A stretch of DNA of 64,000 nucleotides, from NCBI GenBank assembly GCA_036004865.1, contig DASYQZ010000046.1:11473-75472 (forward strand), in the 5' to 3' direction. The stretch's first letter is position 1. Each line of letters starts with the position of its first letter. The position numbers and the translations under genes are program-made. This DNA comes from Vicinamibacterales bacterium. Its GTDB lineage: Bacteria > Acidobacteriota > Vicinamibacteria > Vicinamibacterales > CAVVIG01. Below the pieces are notes generated by a model. That model was given only the letters and a program-made list of their open reading frames with translations, did not search any database and had not been told where the DNA came from. Of this stretch, positions 37,552-46,851 are shown in pieces.

Positions 37552-37938
37552 CTACCAGACGCGCTTCACGCCGTACTTTTCGAAGAGCGGATCGGCAGAG
37601 ACGACCGTCAGCTCCCGTTCGAGTGCCTGTGCGGCCATCATTCGGTCGAACGGGTCGCGGTGATGAAACGGCATCTTCTCGACGCGGGCGAGATCGCCGA
37701 AACCGACTGGCAGCAATTCGATACGGTTGGCCGGGAGGTGTTCCTGGATGAAGCGACCAATCGGGAGGGGCAACTTGAGACTGCCGATCGAGCTCTTGAT
37801 CGCCATTTCCCAAGCGGCGGCGATGCTCAGGAACTGATCGTATTCGGCCTTGGCGAGGACTCGACGGGCCGATGCGGGCAGTCGCTTGTCATCGTTGAGC
37901 CACCAGAGTGCGGCATGGGTATCCAGCAACAGTCGCAC
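37552..37938 (-). CDS. vapC: Type II toxin, PIN-domain VapC family
   Basis: MRLLLDTHAALWW N-terminus, 128 aa, acidic PIN residues. It immediately follows the antitoxin gene. Confidence 0.85.
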   Translation of the reverse strand: MRLLLDTHAALWWLNDDKRLPASARRVLAKAEYDQFLSIAAAWEMAIKSSIGSLKLPLPIGRFIQEHLPANRIELLPVGFGDLARVEKMPFHHRDPFDRMMAAQALERELTVVSADPLFEKYGVKRVW

Positions 37939-38166
37939 TCACATGTACTCCTTAAAATCCTCCAGGGATTCGTCGAAATCGTCTGACATCCAGATTTGAC
38001 CCTTGGCGGAGCCAGGTTTTCGTGGCTGCTTCTTCCTATCCTGATACGGGACGAGCTTGAGCAGCGGCTTGTGATGGCGAGCGATGATCACTTCCTCGCC
38101 GGCCATCGCTTTGTCCACGAGCTCCGAGAACTTCGTTTTGGCCTGGGCGATATTGTATCGAGCCAT
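37939..38166 (-). CDS. Type II antitoxin, Phd/YefM-like
   Basis: 75 aa, MARYNIAQAKTKFSELVDKAMAGEEVIIARHHKPLLKLVP. Its stop abuts the vapC start. Confidence 0.75.
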   Translation of the reverse strand: MARYNIAQAKTKFSELVDKAMAGEEVIIARHHKPLLKLVPYQDRKKQPRKPGSAKGQIWMSDDFDESLEDFKEYM

Positions 38167-38212
38167 ATGGTCATTTTAGATGACCATCCTGGCGGGACGC
38201 AACCGACGCCGA

Positions 38213-39208
38213 TCAACCGGCTGCCAGACGCGTCGTCGGCGCGATGGCGCGCTGGCGATCGCGCCAGCGCTGCTTCACGACGCCGGCGAAGAAGCAGAGC
38301 CACAGCTCGCGATCGAAGCTGGCGATCGGATCGCCTTTGATCGCGGCGGCGATGGACTCCTTCAGCGCCTTCACGGCGCTGCGGAACATGTAGCGCGGGA
38401 CGCCGGCGATGTGCGGCACCGCGGAGAAATCGAGCGTCGTCTGTTCCGGCTTCTCCATGTCGAGGCCGGTCTCGGCGTAGAGCATCGCCCGGCTGATGCC
38501 GCGCCAGTAGAACCAGCGCCGGAAGTACTGCTTCGTCAGCCGATCGGCCGGAATGATGTGCTGCACGACGAGGTCGGGAATGTAGAAGCCGGTGAGGCCC
38601 GCGGCGTGCGCGCGCAGGCACCACTCGCGCACTTCCTGACCGAGCAGCGTCCCGGCCTTGCGTCCGATGCGAGGATCGAACCCGCCGACGCGATCGATCG
38701 CCGACTTCCGCATCGCCATGTTGACGCCGAGCGGCACGCGCTTGCCGAACTGGAGGGGCGCCCGTCCGTAGTCGAGCAGCGCGATGACCGCCCAGAGCTG
38801 ACCGTTGGTCTTCGGCAGCCAGCGCGGCGGCTCGGCGCCCCACAGCGGCAGCACGCGGCCGCCGACGTAGTCGCACTGCTCGGACGCGAGACCGGCCTCG
38901 ATCCGGTTCAACCAATCCGGCTCGACGCGGACGTCGTCGTCGGTCGTCACGATGATGTCGCCCTGTGCGAGGCGGAAGCCGCAGTTGAGCGCCGCGCTGC
39001 GTCCCTGTTCGCGCTCGAAGGCATATCGCAGCGGGACCGGAAATGCCGGCATGGCGCGTTCGACGATCTCACGCGTGCTGTCCGGCGAGTTGTTGTCGAT
39101 GACGATCACTTCCCACGGCGCGCGCGGCTGCAGACGAGCGAGACTGGCGAGCGTGTCGCCGAGCATCGCCGCGCGGTTGTAGGTCGCGATGAGGATCGAG
39201 AAGGTCAT
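38213..39208 (-). CDS. Glycosyltransferase family 2 (paralog b)
   Basis: FSILIATYNRAAML, VIDNNSPD and TTDDDV. The track ORF has a spurious N-terminal extension to 39550. Confidence 0.8.
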   Translation of the reverse strand: MTFSILIATYNRAAMLGDTLASLARLQPRAPWEVIVIDNNSPDSTREIVERAMPAFPVPLRYAFEREQGRSAALNCGFRLAQGDIIVTTDDDVRVEPDWLNRIEAGLASEQCDYVGGRVLPLWGAEPPRWLPKTNGQLWAVIALLDYGRAPLQFGKRVPLGVNMAMRKSAIDRVGGFDPRIGRKAGTLLGQEVREWCLRAHAAGLTGFYIPDLVVQHIIPADRLTKQYFRRWFYWRGISRAMLYAETGLDMEKPEQTTLDFSAVPHIAGVPRYMFRSAVKALKESIAAAIKGDPIASFDRELWLCFFAGVVKQRWRDRQRAIAPTTRLAAG

Positions 39209-39215
39209 GCTGGCC

Positions 39216-40469
39216 TCACGTGTGGCGCAGCCGCCTGCGCGCGGCTTCGGCGTGCCTCGCCGTAGCTCGCCCGGACCGCGAGCGAGCGGAGGCGGGCGCC
39301 CTGCGTCGTGCGCCGGACGCGGCCGTGAAGGGCTGCGCCGCATCCGCCCGGAGATCGAGCAGCTCGTACACCATGGTGAGCGCGCGCTCGGTCGCGGTGC
39401 CCGGCTCGTAGAACATGTCGCGGACGACAGCATGGCGCGCGGCCGAGAGGCGCTCGCGGTGATCGATCTCGTCGAGCGCGGCCGGACCCGCGTCCTCGGC
39501 GGTGCGCACGACGCGCGCGGCGCTGCGGAGCAGCGCGATTTTGTCGGCACTGATCCGCGCGACGCGCGCGAGATCGGGTGCGTCGAATACGACGAGCGGC
39601 CGATCGAGCAGGCAGAACTCGAAGCCGATGGAGCTGTGGTCGGTCACCATGACGTCGCTGGCGGCGAGGAGCGGCGACGAGTCGGCCCACTCGACGAACG
39701 CGATGCGGCCCGGCCGGTGGAGCTGCGCGAAGCGGGCGCGCCAGTCGATGCCGCCGCTGAACTTCTCGTCCGACAGGTCGAGCGACCGGTCGTGCAGCTT
39801 CACGATGACGTTGAAGCCGGCGTTCACGAGGCTGGTGACGATGGCTTCGCCGGCGAGATGCAGCGATGAGGCCGGCGACCACGTCGGCGCGTAGATCGCC
39901 GTCGGCCGGTGCATTTCGAGCTGCAGCCGCGAATGGACCGCGGCCGCATCGTATCGACCGTTCACCAGCGAATCCACCTTCGGATAGCCGACGAGGACCG
40001 CGGCGTCGCGCCGCACGATGCCGGCGTCGACGTAGCGCCGCAGGCGGTCCGCGTTGACGAATGCGACGCGATCGTAGAGGTCGAAGCCAATCGGCAGGTG
40101 CGACGGCGAGTCGAGATCGTACTTGCCCGCCATGCCGTGGAAGAAGTTCGCGCGGCGGCGGCACCGCCGCAGCCGAATGGGATCCCACGGATCGGCCGAC
40201 AGGCAGAGATCGATTCGCCGCCAGGCCATCGCGGCTCTCGAATGGATCTTCGCCTGAATGCCGGACGCCGCCGCCGCCTCGCCGAGGGCGGCGGGGCGAT
40301 CGGCGCAAAAGACCACGTCGATCCGCGGATCGCGCTGCAGACGTTCGACGATCGGGCCGAGAATCGCGAAGTTCATCGCCGTCCGGGCATCGACCACCAC
40401 GCGGCGGCGGCCGCTGAGCCGCGCGAGCGCGGCATCGACGCGGCGAAACCCGGTGCCGATCCAACTCAT
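39216..40469 (-). CDS. CDP-alcohol (glycerol/ribitol) phosphotransferase, TagB/TagF family, paralog 1
   Basis: FFHGMAGKY (catalytic His region), IYAPTWSP and VMVTDHSSIGFEFCLLDRPLVVF. Confidence 0.75.
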   Translation of the reverse strand: MSWIGTGFRRVDAALARLSGRRRVVVDARTAMNFAILGPIVERLQRDPRIDVVFCADRPAALGEAAAASGIQAKIHSRAAMAWRRIDLCLSADPWDPIRLRRCRRRANFFHGMAGKYDLDSPSHLPIGFDLYDRVAFVNADRLRRYVDAGIVRRDAAVLVGYPKVDSLVNGRYDAAAVHSRLQLEMHRPTAIYAPTWSPASSLHLAGEAIVTSLVNAGFNVIVKLHDRSLDLSDEKFSGGIDWRARFAQLHRPGRIAFVEWADSSPLLAASDVMVTDHSSIGFEFCLLDRPLVVFDAPDLARVARISADKIALLRSAARVVRTAEDAGPAALDEIDHRERLSAARHAVVRDMFYEPGTATERALTMVYELLDLRADAAQPFTAASGARRRAPASARSRSGRATARHAEAARRRLRHT

Positions 40470-40482
40470 GGGTGACTGTGTC

Positions 40483-41478
40483 TCACTGCGTGGGGCCCCA
40501 CCGCCACGCCGACGTCCTCGCGACGCGCTCCGGCGCTCGCGGGGCTTCGCCTTCGCTCGCCTCGCTCACCGGTTCGCGCTCATGTGATTCACGGGCGCTG
40601 CGCTCGGACGCATCGAGCACAGAACGCCGCAGGGTCCGCCGCAGCCGGAGCAGCGCATCTCCCAGGACGGGCGCGCGCATCAGCAGGCGCTGTTTGCGTT
40701 CGATCGCCGCGATCTCCGCCTCGAACCGCGCGACCTGGCGATCGAGAATCGCGCGCTCGGGCAATCCGGCGGGCCCCGAACGCAACATCGGACGCGTCTT
40801 CGCATACACCCGCAGGATGCCGGTCAGCATGCGCGTGTCGCTCGACGACAGGCTGTCGGGACGGCAGGTGTACCAGCCGAGCGGCTTCGTGTGCCGAGTG
40901 AACCTGAATCCGGCCAGCGCGGCGCGGATCCACATCTCGTACTCCTCGTTCGTCAGCAGCGTCGGATCGAAACCGCCGACCGCGTCGACGACCTCGCGGC
41001 GGAACACGGTCATGATGAAGAGGCACGTCTCGTCGGCCAGGATCTCGGCGAGCGTGATCGGCAGCCCTTCGCCGCGTACGGGCCGCGACGGCAGGCCGTC
41101 GCGCGGTCCGCCGCGATTGCGCGCGTTGCCGATGACGACGTCGACGTCCGGTCGCGCGTCGAGGACGGCGACCTGTTCGGCCAGGAACGTGTCGTCCCAC
41201 TGATCGTCGCTGTCGAGGAACGCGAAGTAGCGTCCGGCGGCCGCGCGAAAGCCGGCGTTCCGCGCCGGACCGGGCCCGGCGTTGTTCTGCCGCAGCACCC
41301 GCACGCGCGGGTCGCGATCCGCGTACCACTCGCCAATCGCGACCGTCTCGTCCATCGATCCGTCGTCCACGATGAGCAGCTCGAGGTCGGCGAACGTCTG
41401 CCGCAGCACCGAGTCGATGGCCAGGTGCAGATACCGTTCCGCGTTGTACGCCGGCATGATGACGGAAACGGTCGGCAT
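40483..41478 (-). CDS. Glycosyltransferase family 2 (type c)
   Basis: VSVIMPAYNAERYL, LIVDDGSMD and LDSDD. The C-terminal tail is encoded by the GC-rich short repeat. Confidence 0.85.
   Translation of the reverse strand: MPTVSVIMPAYNAERYLHLAIDSVLRQTFADLELLIVDDGSMDETVAIGEWYADRDPRVRVLRQNNAGPGPARNAGFRAAAGRYFAFLDSDDQWDDTFLAEQVAVLDARPDVDVVIGNARNRGGPRDGLPSRPVRGEGLPITLAEILADETCLFIMTVFRREVVDAVGGFDPTLLTNEEYEMWIRAALAGFRFTRHTKPLGWYTCRPDSLSSSDTRMLTGILRVYAKTRPMLRSGPAGLPERAILDRQVARFEAEIAAIERKQRLLMRAPVLGDALLRLRRTLRRSVLDASERSARESHEREPVSEASEGEAPRAPERVARTSAWRWGPTQ
40529..40570. repeat. GC-rich short repeat GCTCGCGGGGC..TTCGCC..CGCTCG..CTCGCTCAC, copy 2
   Basis: About 40 nt similar to 1641-1685. It lies inside the 3' end of ORF 40483-41478 and reads VSEASEGEAPRAP. 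Confidence 0.45.
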
Positions 41479-41479
41479 A

Positions 41480-42631
41480 TCAGCGGCCGCCCGCCACGGG
41501 CTGAAGACCGTGCCTGACCTGTCGCGTGACGCCAGGGCTCGCAGGCCTGACGGGCTGCGCCAGATGCGCGGGTTGCAGGCCGATCGCCTCGTACAGCGCC
41601 GCGGCGCAGCGTGCGGTCGCCGTGCCGGGCTCGTGAAACAAGTCGGCGGCAATGGCGCGGCGCGTGGACGAAAGCGCGTCCGGATTCGCGAGCGCGCGCT
41701 CGACCGCAGCGATGGTGTCCTCGACGTCGCTCGTCGATTCCGAGACGCTGGCGAGCAGGCGGACGTAGTCGTCGTGGATGTTCGCCAGATCGATCAGTTC
41801 GGGCACATGGATGCGGACGAGCGGGCGATCGCGGAGCAGGTACTCGAATCCCGCCGAGCTGTGATCGGTGATCATCGCGTCGGCGGCGACGAGATACGGA
41901 CAGATGTCCGCACCGGGCGCCAGAATGGCGGAGCCCTTTTGCAGATGCGGGACCAGGGCCGCGCGCCAGTCGATGCCCCCGGAGTACTGCGGGCGCCGAT
42001 CGCACGAACGATCATGCAGCTTGACGATGATGTTGATCGGCAGTTGGCGCAGCCGTTCCACGAGATCGATGCCGACGCGGTTGAGCGACGAAGCGGGCGA
42101 CCAGGTTGGCGCGTAGAGGACGGTCGGCCGCTCGGGCGGCAGACCGATCGATCGCAGCACCGCATCGCGATCGAGGGAGCCGTCGACGAGGCAGTCGACC
42201 TTCGGCATGCCGATGAGCCGAATCGCGGGGCTGCCGGCGTCGACCGCGCCGGCGGCGACGCAGTTGTTCAGCCGCCGCGCGTTGACGAAGAAGAGGCGGT
42301 CCCACGCGCGCAGCGAGTCGGTCGGCGCATCGAAGCCGTACTTGCCGCCGACGCCGTGAAACATCTGGATGCGGCACGTCTCGAGGAGCAGCCGCGCCCA
42401 CATGAAGTCGGAGGTCAGATACGCGTCGAACTTCGTGACGGCCGCGCGCGCCGGTCCGATGACGCGCGCGCCGGGTCCCGCGTCGCGGAAGATGCGGCCG
42501 GCGTTCGACGGTTCCTCGCTCGCGACGAAGAAGAACCGCACGCGGTCGTCCTCGTCCATCGCCGCGTGCACGGGCGCGAACATCGTGTAGTGCACCGGCG
42601 TCCGCGCATCGACCAATACTCGTTTCATCAT
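41480..42631 (-). CDS. CDP-alcohol phosphotransferase, TagB/TagF family, paralog 2
   Basis: MFHGVGGKY, LYAPTWSP and AMITDHSSAGFEYLLRDRPLV. Confidence 0.75.
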   Translation of the reverse strand: MMKRVLVDARTPVHYTMFAPVHAAMDEDDRVRFFFVASEEPSNAGRIFRDAGPGARVIGPARAAVTKFDAYLTSDFMWARLLLETCRIQMFHGVGGKYGFDAPTDSLRAWDRLFFVNARRLNNCVAAGAVDAGSPAIRLIGMPKVDCLVDGSLDRDAVLRSIGLPPERPTVLYAPTWSPASSLNRVGIDLVERLRQLPINIIVKLHDRSCDRRPQYSGGIDWRAALVPHLQKGSAILAPGADICPYLVAADAMITDHSSAGFEYLLRDRPLVRIHVPELIDLANIHDDYVRLLASVSESTSDVEDTIAAVERALANPDALSSTRRAIAADLFHEPGTATARCAAALYEAIGLQPAHLAQPVRPASPGVTRQVRHGLQPVAGGR

Positions 42632-42648
42632 GTCACCGGCCGCAGGCG

Positions 42649-44148
42649 CTACGCATGAACTCGAATCAGCGTCGGCACGGTCTTCGATTCCGATTCGACC
42701 GCGTCTTCTGCCGCCGCCGCCGCCTCGGCCCGGCGGCTCGCGACGATTTCGCGTCCCGCCACTGCGAGCGCGAGCACGTAATAGAAGGTCCAGTTGAAGG
42801 CGACCGACGCGAAGAACGAGCAGACGGTCCAGCCGACGATCGCCGCCATCATCCCCTTCGCGTTCATGTCGAGGATGACGCGCTCGGTGTCGGTCATCAT
42901 CAGAGGGTCGGCCTCCGCCTCGGTGTCGGCCTTCGCCGCCCGCGAGGGCCCTGCGGTGCGCTTCTTCCTTGGCAGTCTGAGCATGCGCAAGGCCCGGAAG
43001 CTCGCCGAGTACGCGCGGACGACGAGGAACGAAAACACGATCAACCCGAAGATGCCGAGCTCGGCGGCGACCTGAAGCCACACGTTGTGCGTCACGCGCC
43101 ACTTCTCGATGACGCCCGGCGCGTTGTAGTTCTGGAACTGACCCGCGCCGATGCCGGTCACCGGGTTGTCCGCGAAGACCTCCATGCCCTGATTCAGCAG
43201 CCGCACGCGCGCGGCGCGCGATCCGGTCGGATCGGTGTCGGCGTTCGTGATGCTGTCCATGCGGTTCCAGAACGAATCGGGCATCACGGGCAGCGCCAGC
43301 AGGCCGGCGACGACGATGGCGAGAATGACGCCGGGCTTCACCCGCGCGGTGTAGTAGACGACCACGAGGCCCATCGCCACGAGGCCGAGGAAGCCGCTGC
43401 GCGATTTGGTCGCCACGGTCGCGGCGAGCATCAGCGCGGCGAGCAGGGAGGCGAACAGCCGCCTCGAGGTCTTGCCGTCCTGGATGATGATGAACAGCGT
43501 CGGCGCGAGGAACGTGACGAGGTTCAGCGCGAGATCGTTCGGGTTCTCGAACATGCCGCCGACCGCGCCGCGCAGGCGATCGCCCTCGACGAGGTTCACG
43601 CCCCGGAGATAGTCGAAGACGCCGCGGCCGGCGATGTAGCCCGAGGCGATGATCATGATCCACGTCATCTGCCGCACGCGGCGCGGCGAGGTGATCGTGC
43701 TGATCATCAGCGCGAAGATCAGGATGATTTTCACGTAGATGTCGCTGAACACCTTCAGCGATCCGCTGGGCCAGATCGACAACGGGATCGTCAGCACGAT
43801 GACGCCGCCCAGCAGAATCACGCCGATGACTTCGGCGTTGACCTTCGCGACCGTCTGCCCTGCGCGCAGACGCCGCACCGCCATCGCGGCGAGGCCGGCG
43901 ATGGCCGTCAATTCGGCGAGATGCAGCGATTCGAGCGCCTGCAGGTGATCCTGCGGGCGGAAGAAGAGCAGCGTGGTGAACGCCAGCATCCAGAGGTAGT
44001 CCCAGTCGTAGCGCTCGCGCGTCGCCGCGAGGTGCTTCTTGATCCGCGCGAGCCGCGAAACCGGCCCCGCTGCCTTCGGCATCGTTCTGCCGGAGACGAC
44101 AACCGGGCCGCTGCGCGGCGATCCGACGTTGAAGGTTAGGCGCTCCAT
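42649..44148 (-). CDS. O-antigen ligase/Wzy-like polysaccharide polymerase (multi-pass membrane)
   Basis: At least 10 hydrophobic helices. THNVWLQVAAELGIFG resembles the Wzy_C/O-antigen-ligase loop. The start is uncertain (44148 or 44082). Confidence 0.7.
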   Translation of the reverse strand: MERLTFNVGSPRSGPVVVSGRTMPKAAGPVSRLARIKKHLAATRERYDWDYLWMLAFTTLLFFRPQDHLQALESLHLAELTAIAGLAAMAVRRLRAGQTVAKVNAEVIGVILLGGVIVLTIPLSIWPSGSLKVFSDIYVKIILIFALMISTITSPRRVRQMTWIMIIASGYIAGRGVFDYLRGVNLVEGDRLRGAVGGMFENPNDLALNLVTFLAPTLFIIIQDGKTSRRLFASLLAALMLAATVATKSRSGFLGLVAMGLVVVYYTARVKPGVILAIVVAGLLALPVMPDSFWNRMDSITNADTDPTGSRAARVRLLNQGMEVFADNPVTGIGAGQFQNYNAPGVIEKWRVTHNVWLQVAAELGIFGLIVFSFLVVRAYSASFRALRMLRLPRKKRTAGPSRAAKADTEAEADPLMMTDTERVILDMNAKGMMAAIVGWTVCSFFASVAFNWTFYYVLALAVAGREIVASRRAEAAAAAEDAVESESKTVPTLIRVHA

Positions 44149-44158
44149 GACCTGGTCC

Positions 44159-44272
44159 TCATCTCCACACTCTGCGGCCGCGCGCGGCGGCGAACAGCCC
44201 CGCGACCGCGGCGTAGTTCATGAGCACGAACGTGTACGCGACCTTCGCGAGGCGCACGAAGCAGCGCGACAT
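44159..44272 (-). CDS. 37-aa hydrophobic ORF resembling the detached C-terminal helix of the upstream GT2
   Basis: MSRCFVRLAKVAYTFVLMNYAAVAGLFAAARGRRVWR. Its ATG overlaps the GT2 stop (TGATG). From memory, homologous membrane GT2 proteins end with ..YF.LMN.AA..G......VW. Confidence 0.4.
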   Translation of the reverse strand: MSRCFVRLAKVAYTFVLMNYAAVAGLFAAARGRRVWR

Positions 44273-45456
44273 CACGCCACCCTCTGCGCCGGCACCGGCA
44301 GCGCGGCGAATTTCCCATCGGCGATGCGTCCGCGGTATTCGATGAGCGCGCCGCACCCCGCCAGCAGGAAGAGGCCGACCTGTCCGCCCAGCACGAGGGC
44401 GTAGAACAGGTGATCGACGGCGAGCACGACGCTCGCGCAGAACATCGTGAGCATCGCGTAGGGCACCACGAGACGGCCAATCTTGTGCGACAGGTACTGC
44501 AGCCAGACGCGGTTGCGCCACGGCAGCAGCAGCCGCGGCTCGAGCGCGAGAATCTGATAGTTGCCGGCGAGCGTCCGCACCTTGCGCCGCGCCTCGGCGT
44601 CGGCGTCGACCGCCGCGCGATCGAAGGCGCGCGCGCGCTCGTTGAACACGACGCGAAATCCCGCCAGCACCACGCGCATCGGCGTCATGACGTCGTCCAG
44701 CACCGTGTCGGCCGGCAGCGGCTGAAACAGCGAGCGGCGCATCGCGTAAATGGCGCCCGTGGCGCCCAGCGTCGAGTCGATCGCGCTCTCGAGCCGCCGA
44801 ATCTGCTTCTCGTATTTCCAGTACAGCCCGACGCCGTCGGCGATGGTGGATCGCACGGTCCGGCGCCGATCGTCGATCCGGCGATCGCTGCCATCATCGC
44901 GCGCCACCTGCCGCCGCTCGAACGCCCGGCGGTCGCGGCCGGCGCGGCGGCAGGGCGACTCGGCGTCGAGCAACAGCTCGCCGGTGACCGCGCCCACGGC
45001 CGGATCGCTGAGCGGCGCGACGAGCTCGACGAGCGCGTCGGACGCGAACACCTGCCGCGCGTCCGCGAAGACGATCACGCCGAATCTGGCCCGCGCGACG
45101 CCGGCGTTCAACGCGAGCGCTTTGCCGCTCGCCGGAATCGTCACGGCGTCGACCAGGCCGTCATAGCGCGCGAGCACGTCGACCGTGTTGTCCGTCGATC
45201 CGTCGGAGACGACGACGATCTGCCGGCGGTCGGCCGGATAGTCGAGCGCCAGGAGATTCTCGATGCGGGCGGAGAGCCGCGAACCTTCGTTGCGCGCCGC
45301 GATGACAATCGACACGCCGGGCCAATCGTCAATCAATCCGCAATCCGCAATCCGCAATCCGCAGTGTCGCGCTCGTGCCCAAACGCGGAGCATCAACGGA
45401 TACCCCGCGTAGACGTAGGCGACCACCGCGATCGAGAGCCAGAACAGCAGTGTCAT
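44272..45456 (-). CDS. Membrane-anchored glycosyltransferase family 2
   Basis: N-terminal TM helix, VSIVIAARNEGSRL, VVSDGSTDNT and C-terminal TM helices. A CGGATTG half-array (HCGLRIADCGLIDDWP) sits between the TM helix and the GT domain. Confidence 0.8.
   Translation of the reverse strand: MTLLFWLSIAVVAYVYAGYPLMLRVWARARHCGLRIADCGLIDDWPGVSIVIAARNEGSRLSARIENLLALDYPADRRQIVVVSDGSTDNTVDVLARYDGLVDAVTIPASGKALALNAGVARARFGVIVFADARQVFASDALVELVAPLSDPAVGAVTGELLLDAESPCRRAGRDRRAFERRQVARDDGSDRRIDDRRRTVRSTIADGVGLYWKYEKQIRRLESAIDSTLGATGAIYAMRRSLFQPLPADTVLDDVMTPMRVVLAGFRVVFNERARAFDRAAVDADAEARRKVRTLAGNYQILALEPRLLLPWRNRVWLQYLSHKIGRLVVPYAMLTMFCASVVLAVDHLFYALVLGGQVGLFLLAGCGALIEYRGRIADGKFAALPVPAQRVA
45323..45366. 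repeat. CGGATTG-family half-element inside a CDS
   Basis: CAATCGTCAATCAATCCGCAATCCGCAATCCGCAATCCGCAGTG. No partner arm lies nearby. It is in frame in the GT2 ORF. Confidence 0.8.
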
Positions 45457-45462
45457 CGTCCT

Positions 45463-46851
45463 TCACACCACCGCATGTTCGGCGTCGGACGCCGGATGTT
45501 TCCGCTTCGACCCGTCGCCCGCCGGCGCCGGCGCGCCGAGCTTCAGCACGTGCGGGTGATGACCCGCAATCGCGTTGCGCGTGTCGACGATGAGCTTCGC
45601 CGACTTGACGACCATCGCGTAGTCGACGGTCTTGTGCTCGGTGAGAATCGCGACGCAGTCGGCGGCGGCGAGTGCCGCCGCGGTCAGCGGCTCGCTCTTC
45701 AACTCGAACGCGCCGGGCCAGGCGCGCGCGGCGAGCACCGGCACGTACGGATCGGCGTAGCGGACGTCCGCGCCTTTCTTGTGCAGCAGCGTCATCACGT
45801 CGAGCGACGGCGATTCGCGGATGTCGTCGATGTCGCGCTTGTACGCGAGGCCGAGGACGAGCACCGTCGATCCGTTCACCGCCTTGTGATGCCCGTTCAG
45901 CGCGTCGCCGATCTTGTCGACGACAAAATGCGGCATCGCGCCGTTCACCTGACCGGCGAGCTCGATGAAGCGCGGATCGAAACCGAACTGCTTCGCTTTC
46001 CACGAGAGGTAGAACGGATCGATGGGGATGCAGTGCCCGCCGAGGCCGGGGCCGGGATAGAACGGCATGAACCCGAACGGCTTGGTCGCGGCGGCCTTGA
46101 CGACTTCCCACACGTCGATCCCGAGGCGATCGCACATGAGCGCGATTTCGTTCACCAGACCGATGTTCACCATGCGGAACGTGTTTTCGAGCAGCTTCAC
46201 CATCTCGGCCGACTGCGTCGAGCTGACGGGCACGATGGTGTCAATCGCCGCGCCGTAGAGCATCGAGGCGAGCACGGTCGATTGGGCGCCGACGCCGCCG
46301 ACGACCTTCGGCACGTTGCGCGTGTTGAACGTCGGGTTGCCGGGGTCGACGCGCTCCGGCGAGAAGGCGAGGAAGAAATCGGAGTCGGCCTGCAGGCCAG
46401 TGGCTTCGAGCATCGGCCTCACGACTTCTTCGGTCGTGCCCGGATACGTCGTGGACTCCAGGATGACGAGCGTGCCGGGATGCAGGTACTTCGCGATCTG
46501 CTCGACCGCCGACACGATGTACGACATGTCGGGGTCCTTCGTCTTGCGGAGCGGTGTCGGGACGCAGATGTTGATCGTGTCGAGTTCGGCGACGGCGGCG
46601 AAATCGGTCGTCGCGCGCAGCCGCTCGTCGCCGACGAGCCGCGCGACGTCTCCCGCCGGCACGTCGGGGATGTACGACGTGCCGCGATTCACCGCGTCGA
46701 CCTTCCGCACATCGAGATCGATGCCGGTCGTCGCAAAGCCGGCTCGCGCGAATTCCACGGCGAGCGGCAGGCCGACGTAGCCGAGGCCGACGACGCCGAC
46801 GCGCGCGGATCGATTCGCGATCCGATCGCGCAGGGACCCCACATCACTCAC
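45463..46851 (-). CDS. Nucleotide-sugar 6-dehydrogenase (UDP-GlcNAc/UDP-ManNAc dehydrogenase-like)
   Basis: VGVVGLGYVGLPLAVEFARAGF, ICVPTPL and GGHCIPIDP. GTG 46851 overlaps the upstream stop (GTGA). Confidence 0.85.
   Translation of the reverse strand: MSDVGSLRDRIANRSARVGVVGLGYVGLPLAVEFARAGFATTGIDLDVRKVDAVNRGTSYIPDVPAGDVARLVGDERLRATTDFAAVAELDTINICVPTPLRKTKDPDMSYIVSAVEQIAKYLHPGTLVILESTTYPGTTEEVVRPMLEATGLQADSDFFLAFSPERVDPGNPTFNTRNVPKVVGGVGAQSTVLASMLYGAAIDTIVPVSSTQSAEMVKLLENTFRMVNIGLVNEIALMCDRLGIDVWEVVKAAATKPFGFMPFYPGPGLGGHCIPIDPFYLSWKAKQFGFDPRFIELAGQVNGAMPHFVVDKIGDALNGHHKAVNGSTVLVLGLAYKRDIDDIRESPSLDVMTLLHKKGADVRYADPYVPVLAARAWPGAFELKSEPLTAAALAAADCVAILTEHKTVDYAMVVKSAKLIVDTRNAIAGHHPHVLKLGAPAPAGDGSKRKHPASDAEHAVV

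Noticed and set aside
42649-44148. Multi-pass membrane protein considered as the missing exosortase.
   Set aside because: Its size, helix count and the HN..LQ...E.G loop fit O-antigen ligase/Wzy-type polymerases, not exosortases. This should still be confirmed by HMM.
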